A stretch of 64,000 nucleotides of DNA from Coriobacteriia bacterium (GTDB lineage: Bacteria; Actinomycetota; Coriobacteriia; Anaerosomatales; JAAXUF01). The stretch is from the NCBI GenBank assembly GCA_038245725.1, contig JBBRSD010000008.1, positions 79,946 through 143,945 of the forward strand, read 5' to 3'. How positions within the stretch are numbered: the first letter of the stretch is position 1; the number at the start of each line of letters is the position of its first letter. Below the pieces are notes generated by a model. It made no database searches. It saw only the letters and a list, made by a program, of their open reading frames with translations, and was not told the origin of the DNA. The translations under genes and the position numbers were made by a program. Shown here piece by piece: positions 1 through 8,190 of the stretch.

Positions 1-13
1 CGCGGCGGCTCCA

Positions 14-1774
14 CTAGCTCGGTGGGGGAGGTGGTGGAGGTGGTTTCGGAACCGACGGCCTCACCGTCTTCTTGTACCTCGTAGTCGTGGTTCTGCGCCG
101 CCTCGTGATGACGTGCCTCGCGGCTGGCTTGGGCGCAACATAGGCGACCCTGAGACCGTTGGTCTGCGCCGCGACAAATTCGCGCGAGCGCTCGATCCTC
201 ACGCGGAAGAACGTGGTCTTGGCTATGGCCGTCCGGTATGTGGCCGAGCCACCCGCAATCTTGAGAATCGCGACCAGCGTCCAACTCCTGTTGTCAGTCG
301 AGCGCTCAAGCAGTACGCGCGTCCCGTTGGGCACGAGGCCGTCTGAGTTTGCCTTGACCACTAGCGCGAACGTCTTGCCCTTCTTCGTGGAAGCAGCACT
401 CGCACTCACCCTTAGTCTCAGCGTGCGAGGCGCAGACGGCGCAACCGCCCGAGGCTTAGTCGAAGCAGTCGACTCAATAGCGGCGGTCGTCTCGTTCGTG
501 GCGACGGCGGGAGCTGCGCTTGCGTTTGCCCTCGAGCCCACCGCCTTGATCACGAGCGGAATCGAGATAAGAAGTGCGACGACCGCCGCCGCAACCAGGA
601 GCATCTGCATCTTGCGGCTTACTTCGGGCGCGACAACTTCATCAACCACAGCAGAACTGATCGAGCCGTCTTCGACGGTCTCCGACCCGATCTCGTCGAT
701 CTCCCCAACTGCCGGGGTATCGGCAGCGACTCCGGATTCGGCGACCTCCGCGCTGGAAACGACCGCAGCCAGTCCGACGAGCGCCGTGCCGTCCGCAGCT
801 TCGCCGGTGTCCCCCTCGATGCAACCGGAATCGATTACGCCCCAAAACGCCGTCTTCTCGCGCGGCTCTCGCGAATCGCTCGAGGAAAGTTGCTCCCAGC
901 ACGACATTGGTACGGCAAGTTCGGCTTGCGTGTCTATCTTCTCGGGAAACGCGGATCGCCATGCTGACAGCATGGCAATTGCATTCTCGAACCGGTTCTC
1001 GCGCTCCTTCTTTAGCGCGCGCATCACGACACCCGCAAGTGGACCTCCTAGCGAGTCCTCGAGTTCGAGCGCGGGAGTAGGTTCGCTCATGATGCGATGC
1101 ACGATGGTCGCGAAGTGCGTTGATGACTGCGTCCCGAACGGGTTCGTGCCACCGAGCACTTCATAGGCGATCGCCCCGAGTGCGAATACATCAGCGCGCG
1201 CGTCGGTGTCCTGTCCGCGAATCTGCTCCGGCGACATGTAAGCCGGCGTACCCAGTACAGCCCCCACACGCGTCATGGTCGCATTCGAATCGATGTGCGC
1301 GATGCCGAAGTCGGCGAGCTTGACCGTTCCGTCGAGGGTCAGAAAGATGTTGTCGGGCTTCAAATCGCGGTGTACCACGCCGTGTTCGTGAGCATAGCCT
1401 ACGGCTTGGAGCAATTGCTCCATGACGGCGTACGCTTGAGCCGTCGACAGACTCGAACGATCCAGCACTTGACGCAAAGTTGGGCCTTCAACGAGCTCCA
1501 TCGCGATCATCGGTCTGTCTTCGAACACAGTCGCCGAGTAGATCGTGACAATGCCAGGATGGTTCAGCCGCGCCGCAGCTCGCGCCTCGCGAACAAAACG
1601 TTCAGCGAACTCGCTGCGAGTCTCATCGCTGCTCTCAGGAGGGAGAACCGGCTCCTTGATTGCGACCTCACGGTCGAGTGACGGATCGTATCCGCGCCAC
1701 ACCACAGCCATAGCACCCCGCCCGAGCTTGCCCCGAATCTCGAACGGTCCGATGTAGTCCGCGATCTCTTCCAC
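14..1774 (-). CDS. Hanks-type Ser/Thr protein kinase, single-pass membrane protein with extracellular Ig-like domain and poly-Pro tail
   Basis: 586-aa ORF with GTG start preceded by AGGGGGA. Kinase motifs present: GRGAMAVVWRG, VAIK, HRDLKPDN, DFG, SPE. Hydrophobic helix LLVAAAVVALLISIPLVI lies after the kinase domain. C-terminus is KPPPPPPPPS. Confidence 0.9.
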   Translation of the reverse strand: MEEIADYIGPFEIRGKLGRGAMAVVWRGYDPSLDREVAIKEPVLPPESSDETRSEFAERFVREARAAARLNHPGIVTIYSATVFEDRPMIAMELVEGPTLRQVLDRSSLSTAQAYAVMEQLLQAVGYAHEHGVVHRDLKPDNIFLTLDGTVKLADFGIAHIDSNATMTRVGAVLGTPAYMSPEQIRGQDTDARADVFALGAIAYEVLGGTNPFGTQSSTHFATIVHRIMSEPTPALELEDSLGGPLAGVVMRALKKERENRFENAIAMLSAWRSAFPEKIDTQAELAVPMSCWEQLSSSDSREPREKTAFWGVIDSGCIEGDTGEAADGTALVGLAAVVSSAEVAESGVAADTPAVGEIDEIGSETVEDGSISSAVVDEVVAPEVSRKMQMLLVAAAVVALLISIPLVIKAVGSRANASAAPAVATNETTAAIESTASTKPRAVAPSAPRTLRLRVSASAASTKKGKTFALVVKANSDGLVPNGTRVLLERSTDNRSWTLVAILKIAGGSATYRTAIAKTTFFRVRIERSREFVAAQTNGLRVAYVAPKPAARHVITRRRRTTTTRYKKTVRPSVPKPPPPPPPPS

Positions 1775-1822
1775 GTAATCCCCCTGGGACGAAACCGAAG
1801 ACTTATCTTAGCGGTTCCAGAG
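1775..1822 (-). promoter_or_regulatory. Conserved promoter/leader element, copy A (upstream of the kinase)
   Basis: Minus strand reads GGAACCGCTAAGATAAGTCTTCGGTTTCGTCCCAGGGGGATTAC then GTG. It is near-identical to the element at 4462..4520. It contains GGAAC-N18-GTT (ECF sigE/sigH-like spacing) and an alternative TAAGAT -10. Confidence 0.45.
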
Positions 1823-1956
1823 AATGGATGCACGGCATTTGGCAGCATCTTCTTCGTATTGCCTGTGCGCGTTCGAGCTCAACTTGTCGTGGGAGAATCC
1901 CGGGCTCCCGCCCATCACGTTTCAAGGCGATCACGAAAGTTCGAGGCTGTTCAGTC

Positions 1957-4449
1957 CTAGCGCGCCCAGAATGCCTGCCCTTGGCCTTTCGTGAAGGCAT
2001 TCGCGCCGTCGGAAGGGTGTTCGAACAGTACGTACCAATACTTGTTGCCCGATGGCACCTTCAGCGTACACGCAACCTTGCTGTACGTTGCGTAATTGCT
2101 CGCCTTCACTGAAACCGTCTTGTAGTGGACGAAATGCCCAGACTTCGCATAGTAGATCCACAGCTTGGCGGCGTAGGTCCCCGCTTTGTGCCGCGGCTTG
2201 AGAAAGGCATACGTGGTGAAGCTCACCCCATGGGTAACTGCCGGATACGTCCCATGCAGGGCCCGCGTTGCGATCTTGGCCTTCGAGAGGAGAGCCGCCA
2301 CCGAGACCTTACTCGAAGGACTCGCCGAAGGAGCGAAAGCGAAGTCACCGAGAAAGTGGGCTCTGTAGTAGTACGTGCGAGGCGGAGCGAAACTGTACGA
2401 GAACTCACCAAACGAGTCGGCGCGCCTGTCGGTCAGATACACCCAGTGAGCGTTGTCGGTCGAGCGCTCGATTCGAACCGCTCGAAAATCGAGCGGGGTG
2501 GGTGAGATCCCCCCTGCGCCCCATGCGTATCCAAGAAGCCCACCGCTTGATCCGAAGGACTTACCGTAACCCAAGGACCCCTCGGCAATGCGATACCGCG
2601 TGTAACCGGGGGCGCGGAGCGCCACGATCATGCCGTTGCCGCCTACCGCCCATCCAGTACTCGCGGAGATGAAGTGGACGGAGTTGAGCTGGTTTGTCGT
2701 GCCCGATGTCCGCAAGACCCAAGTCGCGCCTCCGTTGGTCGTCCTGAGAATCGTGCCGGAGGCCCCCACCGCGGATCCCGTGCTCGATGAGACGAAGTGG
2801 ACGGACGTGAGCGTGCATATCGTTCCCGACCTTTGCGGAATCCAGGTGGCACCGCCGTTGGTCGTCCTGAGAATGATGCCGGAGGCCCCCACCGCGGATC
2901 CCGTGCTCGATGAGACGAAGTGGACGGACGTGAGCCAGTTCGTCGTTCCCGACACCTGCGGGATCCAAGTGGCGCCGCCATCGGTCGTCCGAAGGATCGT
3001 GCCGAAGGCCCCAACCACGGATCCCGTGCTCGATGAGACGAAGTGGACGGAACGGAGAACGTTCGCGGTACCGGACGGCTGCGGTGTCCAGTTCGCGCCG
3101 CCATCCATGGTCTTAAGAATGACGCCACCGGACCCAACCGCCCAGCCGGTGCTCGGCGAGACGAAATGGACAGAGTCGAGCCAACTCGTGGTACCCGACC
3201 TCTGCGCGATCCAGGTGCTCCCGCCGTCGCCTGACTTGATGATTGTGCCCCCGTCCCCGACCGCCCATCCCGTGTTCGGTGAGACGAACTGGACCGATCT
3301 GAGAGTACTGGCGGTGCCTGAGGTCTGCAGAGTCCAGATCGCGCCCCCGTCGGTCGTCCGAAGGACAGTGCCGTAGACTCCAACCGCCCATCCGGCGGCT
3401 GAGGACACGAAGTGAACTGCCGTGAGGCTGCCGATCGTCCCAGACGTCTGTGCGGCCCAATGCGCGCCGGCATCGGTGGTTCTGAGGATCTTGCCGTAGG
3501 CTCCGACCACCCAACCCGTACTGGCAGAGACAAAATGGACGGAACTGAAGTAGTTCTCGGCGCCCACGCCCTGAACTATCCATGTGGCGCCACCGTCGGT
3601 CGTTCTGAGGATCTTCCCAGCATCCCCGACCGTCCATCCAGTAGATGACGAGACGAAATGGACAGAACGGAGCCAGATTGCGCTACCCGAGGTCTGAGGG
3701 CTCCAAGTGGTACCACCGTTGTTGGTCTTGAGAATCGTGCCGTAGGCCCCGACTGCCCATCCGGTACTCGCCGAGACGAACTGGACGGCGTTGAGGGTGT
3801 TCGAAGTGCCCGAGATCTGCGAAATCCAAGTCGTGCCACCATTCGTAGTTCTGAGGATCTTGCCGTTCCCGCCTACAGCCCACCCAGTGCTCGAAGAGAC
3901 GAAATGGACGGCATGGAGCCAGTTCGTTGTGCCTGATTTCTGTGAAGTCCAAGTCGCTCCACCATTGGTGGTTCTGAGAATCTTGCCGCCATCTCCAACC
4001 ACCCATCCAGTGCTCGCGGAGACGAAATGGACGGACGTGATCCGGTATGTCGTGCCTGATTTCTGTGAAGTCCAAGTCGCTCCACCATTGGTGGTTCTGA
4101 GAATCTTGCCGCCATCCCCAACCACCCATCCAGTGCTCGCGGAGACGAAATGGACGGCATTGAGGGTGTTCGAAGTGCCCGAGATCTGCGAAATCCAAGC
4201 GACCCCACCGTTGGTGGTTCGCAGGATCACGCCCTTACTCCCAACCATCCAGCCGGCGCTCGGCGAAACAAACTGAACGGCGCTGAGATAGTTCCCTTGG
4301 GGCCGCGGGTTCTGCCAAACCCAGCCACCGTTACCAGCCGAAATCGGCGTGGCGGCAGTGGCGATGGTCATGCCGCCCAGAACCAGGAGAAACAATGTGA
4401 CGAACACGGATGACTTGACGAATGCTCGTCTGGGCGCGAAGGAACTCAA
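1957..4449 (-). CDS. Secreted or anchored 14-blade BNR/Ycf48-like beta-propeller repeat protein with C-terminal Ig-like modules
   Basis: 830-aa ORF with TTG start after GGAGG. N-terminal hydrophobic signal/anchor VFVTLFLLVLGGMTIATA. Fourteen units of the pattern (H/Q)FVSxSTGWxVGxxGxILRTTNGGxTW. The C-terminal ~180 aa resemble the C-terminus of the 50334..52364 product. Confidence 0.8.
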   Translation of the reverse strand: MSSFAPRRAFVKSSVFVTLFLLVLGGMTIATAATPISAGNGGWVWQNPRPQGNYLSAVQFVSPSAGWMVGSKGVILRTTNGGVAWISQISGTSNTLNAVHFVSASTGWVVGDGGKILRTTNGGATWTSQKSGTTYRITSVHFVSASTGWVVGDGGKILRTTNGGATWTSQKSGTTNWLHAVHFVSSSTGWAVGGNGKILRTTNGGTTWISQISGTSNTLNAVQFVSASTGWAVGAYGTILKTNNGGTTWSPQTSGSAIWLRSVHFVSSSTGWTVGDAGKILRTTDGGATWIVQGVGAENYFSSVHFVSASTGWVVGAYGKILRTTDAGAHWAAQTSGTIGSLTAVHFVSSAAGWAVGVYGTVLRTTDGGAIWTLQTSGTASTLRSVQFVSPNTGWAVGDGGTIIKSGDGGSTWIAQRSGTTSWLDSVHFVSPSTGWAVGSGGVILKTMDGGANWTPQPSGTANVLRSVHFVSSSTGSVVGAFGTILRTTDGGATWIPQVSGTTNWLTSVHFVSSSTGSAVGASGIILRTTNGGATWIPQRSGTICTLTSVHFVSSSTGSAVGASGTILRTTNGGATWVLRTSGTTNQLNSVHFISASTGWAVGGNGMIVALRAPGYTRYRIAEGSLGYGKSFGSSGGLLGYAWGAGGISPTPLDFRAVRIERSTDNAHWVYLTDRRADSFGEFSYSFAPPRTYYYRAHFLGDFAFAPSASPSSKVSVAALLSKAKIATRALHGTYPAVTHGVSFTTYAFLKPRHKAGTYAAKLWIYYAKSGHFVHYKTVSVKASNYATYSKVACTLKVPSGNKYWYVLFEHPSDGANAFTKGQGQAFWAR
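2607..4302 (-). repeat. Tandem ~123-nt (41-codon) coding repeats, 14 units, one per propeller blade
   Basis: The peptide motif recurs 14 times. Units at about 3925..4029 and 4048..4152 encode an identical 35-aa stretch (HFVSASTGWVVGDGGKILRTTNGGATWTSQKSGTT) and are almost identical at the DNA level. Confidence 0.85.
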
Positions 4450-4461
4450 TTCAGACCTCCA

Positions 4462-4520
4462 CGATCTCTTTCGCGTAGTCCCTTGGGACGAAACCGAACA
4501 CTTATCTTAACGGTTCCGGA
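4462..4520 (-). promoter_or_regulatory. Conserved promoter/leader element, copy B (upstream of the propeller gene)
   Basis: Minus strand reads GGAACCGTTAAGATAAGTGTTCGGTTTCGTCCCAAGGGACTACGCGAAAGAGATCGTGGAGG. It matches copy A, including a relic of the kinase start region (GAAGAGATCGC versus AAAGAGATCGT). Confidence 0.45.
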
Positions 4521-4588
4521 GTACCCCTGCACATCGAGTCATCACACTGGACGCGTGAACTTGACCGGGCCTCGTCGGCAATGAGGAG

Positions 4589-6073
4589 CTACACGCGACC
4601 TTCGAGCGCGAGCTTGCCGGACTTGACCGACTCGGGAATCTCGATCGGGTATTCACCGTCGAAGCACGCGAGGCAGAAGTCGTCGCACGGCGAGCCGGTC
4701 GCCTCGACCATCGCGGGAAGCGACAGGTACGCGAGCGAATCTGCGCCGATGTGGGCGCGGATCTCCTCGACGGTCTTCGTCGCGCCGATGAGCTGCTCCT
4801 GGGTGTCGGTGTCGATGCCGTAGAAGCACGGCCACACAACCGGCGGCGATGTGATGCGCATGTGGACCTCGGCGGCGCCAGCTTCGCGCAGGAGCGCGAC
4901 GAGCTTCTTGGTCGTGTTGCCGCGCACGATCGAGTCATCCACGACGATGAGGCGTTTGCCTCGGATCGCGTGCTTGAGTGGGTTGAGCTTGAGCTTGATG
5001 CCCTGCTGGCGAATCGTCTGGCTCGGCGAGATGAACGTCCGTCCCACGTAGCGGTTCTTCGCGAGCCCCTCGCCGAACGGCACGCCGCTGGCCGCCGCGA
5101 ACCCGACCGCAGCGGGGATGCCGGAGTCCGGCACGCCCATCACCATGTCCGCCTCGACCGGCGCCTCGACGGCGAGCGCGGCACCCATGCGGCGGCGCGC
5201 CTCGTACAGGCTGCAGCCGCCCATCTCGGAGTCCGGCCGCGCGAAGTAGACGAACTCGAACATGCACAGCGAGGGCTTCTCGGCGGGTATGGCCTGCTCG
5301 GCTTCGACGCCTGCGCCGCTGATCTTCAACATCTCGCCGGGTGCGACGTCGCGCACGTACTCGGCGCCCACGATGTCGAGCGCGCACGTTTCGCTCGCCA
5401 CGATCCAGCCGCGATCGTCGGGCAGCTTGCCAAGCACGAGCGGGCGCACGCCGTGAGGGTCGCGGAAGGCGTAGACGGCGTTTTCGGTGGTGAGCACGAC
5501 CGCGTAGGCGCCGTGGATGAGCTTCATCGTCTCGCGGATACCCTCGCGGATGTGGCTGGTCTTTTGCGTGAAGTAGCCCACAAGCGTGGTCATGACCTCG
5601 GAGTCGGTCGTGGAGCGGAAGCGGATGCCCTGCTCCTTGAGCGCGTCGCGCAGCTCAGCTGTGTTGACGAGGTTGCCGTTGTGCGCGAGCGCGATGACCT
5701 GGTGCCCGATTGCCGAGAGGTGCGGCTGCGCATTCTCCCAGCTCGTCGAGGAGCCGGTGGTGGAGTAGCGGGTGTGGCCGATCGCGACGTCGCCCGTGAG
5801 CGAATCCAGGTCGCTCTCCTTGAAGACGCGCGAAACGAGCCCGAGATTCTTGGTGACGGTGACCGTCTCGTTGTCGCCTACAGCAATGCCGGCCGACTCC
5901 TGGCCACGATGTTGCAGCGCGTGAAGGCCGAAGTAGGTGAGGCGGGCGACATCTTCCCCGGGCGCGTATACCGCGAAGACCCCGCAGGCTTCCTCGGGGC
6001 GATCCGGGCGGTCTTCGAGGAGCTGGTCCTCAGCAAGATCACGCATCATGTGAAATAGGGCCTCACGTCGCAA
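4589..6073 (-). CDS. purF: Amidophosphoribosyltransferase
   Basis: N-terminal nucleophile context EEACGVFAVYAP, PRPP loop LIVVDDSIVRGNT, and C-terminal Fe-S cysteines (CFYGID, CLACF). Confidence 0.95.
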   Translation of the reverse strand: MRREALFHMMRDLAEDQLLEDRPDRPEEACGVFAVYAPGEDVARLTYFGLHALQHRGQESAGIAVGDNETVTVTKNLGLVSRVFKESDLDSLTGDVAIGHTRYSTTGSSTSWENAQPHLSAIGHQVIALAHNGNLVNTAELRDALKEQGIRFRSTTDSEVMTTLVGYFTQKTSHIREGIRETMKLIHGAYAVVLTTENAVYAFRDPHGVRPLVLGKLPDDRGWIVASETCALDIVGAEYVRDVAPGEMLKISGAGVEAEQAIPAEKPSLCMFEFVYFARPDSEMGGCSLYEARRRMGAALAVEAPVEADMVMGVPDSGIPAAVGFAAASGVPFGEGLAKNRYVGRTFISPSQTIRQQGIKLKLNPLKHAIRGKRLIVVDDSIVRGNTTKKLVALLREAGAAEVHMRITSPPVVWPCFYGIDTDTQEQLIGATKTVEEIRAHIGADSLAYLSLPAMVEATGSPCDDFCLACFDGEYPIEIPESVKSGKLALEGRV

Positions 6074-6133
6074 CTGGAGGGTGGGAACGCGGGTAGTCTA
6101 GCACGATTCGCACCAGCGCGGCCTGAGCGCGGA

Positions 6134-8110
6134 TCAGCCCGCAAGTTCCAGAGACGTCGGCCGCACGCGCGCGCCCAAAAGCGCCTTGATCTCGGCGGCC
6201 GGAAGCGGCCGGCTGTAGATGTAGCCCTGGATGATGAAGCAGCCCTGCTTTCGAAGGAACTCGAGCTCGCTGGGGTGTTCGACGCCCTCGGCGACGATGT
6301 CGAGATCGAGCTCCCGGCACAAGCCGATGAGCATCGTGGCGATCGCCGCGTTCTGCGCGTCGAGGTGCACGTCGCGCATGAACGTCTGCGCGATCTTGAG
6401 CGTATGGACCGGGAGCCGCTTGATGTAACTCATCGACGAGTAGCCGGTGCCGAAGTCGTCGATCGCGACCCGCACGCCCATGTCCCGCAAGCGCTGGAGC
6501 GTCTCGATCGCGCTCTCGGGGCTGCGCATGGCGACCGTCTCGGTGACCTCGAGCTCGAGGTGTGATGGTTCGAGCCCGGTCTCACGCAAGATGCGCGACA
6601 CCATCTCCACCATGTCGTACTGCTCGAACTCCTTCGCCGAGAGGTTCACCGCCATCCTCCCGAACTTCACGCCGTCTTTCACCCACGCACTCGCCTGAGC
6701 GCACGCGGTGCGCATGACCCACGGCCCGATGCGTCCCATGAAGCCGGCCTGCTCGGCGAATTCGAGGAACGCGGCCGGGGCGAGCAGCCCCTCCTCAGGA
6801 TGGTTCCAGCGGATGAGCGCCTCGACGCCGATAGGACTGCCGGTGCGCAAGTCGATCTGCGGCTGGTAGAACAGCTCGAACTCGCCGTTCTCGATCGCCT
6901 GGTGCAGCGCCGCCTCCAGCTTGAGGCGGTCGGTCGCCGACCGGCTCATCTCCGGTGCGTAGATGCGGTACGAGCCGTGACCGAGCTCCTTAGCCCGATA
7001 CATCGCGGCGTCCGCGCATCTGAGCAGCTCGGTCGCTTCGTCGCCGTCGTGCGGGTACGTCGCGATGCCCACGCTGGCCGAGAGGCTGACGCTGTGACCG
7101 TCGACCTGGAAGTCGCGCTTGAGGTCGGCGAGGATTCGCTCGGCGAGTGTGTCGGCGTCCTCGCGATCCGCGATCCGCGCAATGAACGTGAACTCGTCGG
7201 CGCTTTGCCGCGCGACGGTGTCCTCCTCGCGCATAGCGCTCAGGAGACGGGCCCCGGCTTCCTTGAGCGCCGCGTCGCCCACCTCGTGTCCGAACCCCTC
7301 GTTGATGCCTTTGAAGTCGTCGATGTCGACGTAGCCCACCGCGACGGTCTCGCCGCGGCGTTTCGCGTGTGCGAGCGCGTTGCCCATACGGTCGCGGAAC
7401 AGGATGCGGTTGGGTAGGTCCGTCAGCGGGTCGTGGTAGGCCATGTGCGAGATCGTCCGCTGCGCCGAGACGTGCTCGGTCACATCGCGCAGCACTTCGA
7501 CGAGCTGCTCGATCCGGCCCTCCTCGTCGTAGGCCGGGTAGACTGTCTCCTCGTACCAGCGGTCCCCGCCGTGCGCCGTGTCGTGCACGGTCCGCTGCGA
7601 GCGTTCGCCGCTGCGCAGCACCTCCGCTCCGAGACAGTCCTCGCACAAGCCCTCGCCCCAGACCGCGGCGCTGCAGCCCATCCCCACGATCGTTTCGGCG
7701 CCGTGCTTCTCCGCGAAGAGCTCGTTGGCGGCCGGGTTGGCGTACGCGACCGTCATATCGGTGCCGAGGCACAGGATCGGCTCGGGGCTATGCTCGTACA
7801 TCTGGAACAGCCGGTCGCGCTCGACGCGGAGGCGCTGCTCGATTCGGAATCGCTGCCCGATCAGCGTCTGAACGAGCAGCGTGGCCAGCAGCACGAAGAC
7901 CACGCCGCCAAGCCGCATGATCACCTGCATGCTGGTGGGCTGGAACACCGCCGAGACAAGCGATGCGGCCTGACCGACGATCAGGTCGATCGACGCGAGG
8001 AGCGCCCACGCGATCAACGACAGCGCGATGCCGGCAAGCCCGACCAAGGCGACGCGATCCGCCTGGCTGAGCTTGGGTGGCGCAGAGCGCTTTGTTTCGC
8101 TGCTATCCAT
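6134..8110 (-). CDS. Membrane PAS / degenerate GGDEF / EAL protein (probable c-di-GMP phosphodiesterase)
   Basis: Two N-terminal TM helices. PAS region carries CSAAVWGEGLCEDC. The GGDEF site reads RQSADEF. EAL motifs are intact (EALIRW, DDFGTGYSS, EGVE). Confidence 0.85.
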   Translation of the reverse strand: MDSSETKRSAPPKLSQADRVALVGLAGIALSLIAWALLASIDLIVGQAASLVSAVFQPTSMQVIMRLGGVVFVLLATLLVQTLIGQRFRIEQRLRVERDRLFQMYEHSPEPILCLGTDMTVAYANPAANELFAEKHGAETIVGMGCSAAVWGEGLCEDCLGAEVLRSGERSQRTVHDTAHGGDRWYEETVYPAYDEEGRIEQLVEVLRDVTEHVSAQRTISHMAYHDPLTDLPNRILFRDRMGNALAHAKRRGETVAVGYVDIDDFKGINEGFGHEVGDAALKEAGARLLSAMREEDTVARQSADEFTFIARIADREDADTLAERILADLKRDFQVDGHSVSLSASVGIATYPHDGDEATELLRCADAAMYRAKELGHGSYRIYAPEMSRSATDRLKLEAALHQAIENGEFELFYQPQIDLRTGSPIGVEALIRWNHPEEGLLAPAAFLEFAEQAGFMGRIGPWVMRTACAQASAWVKDGVKFGRMAVNLSAKEFEQYDMVEMVSRILRETGLEPSHLELEVTETVAMRSPESAIETLQRLRDMGVRVAIDDFGTGYSSMSYIKRLPVHTLKIAQTFMRDVHLDAQNAAIATMLIGLCRELDLDIVAEGVEHPSELEFLRKQGCFIIQGYIYSRPLPAAEIKALLGARVRPTSLELAG

Positions 8111-8190
8111 GAACCCCGTGATCCGACCGTTTTGCGTATCTCGATCTTGCGACGTGCGGCGTACTCAGGTGAGGTTCCAAACCAGAGGGA

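Noticed and set aside
14-60. Poly-purine/pyrimidine tract (ggtgggggaggtggtggaggtgg), considered as a possible structural DNA element.
   Set aside because: It is simply the coding sequence of the poly-Pro C-terminus of the kinase.
2461-2480. A GGTTCGAATC-like string, resembling a tRNA T-arm.
   Set aside because: It is embedded in the propeller CDS, and no acceptor, D or anticodon arm context could be built. No tRNA, including tRNA-Sec, could be supported anywhere in the window.
2607-4302. Regular ~123-nt periodicity, which might suggest a CRISPR array or satellite.
   Set aside because: The period is entirely inside one long ORF. The units are contiguous with no spacers, and they encode beta-propeller blades.
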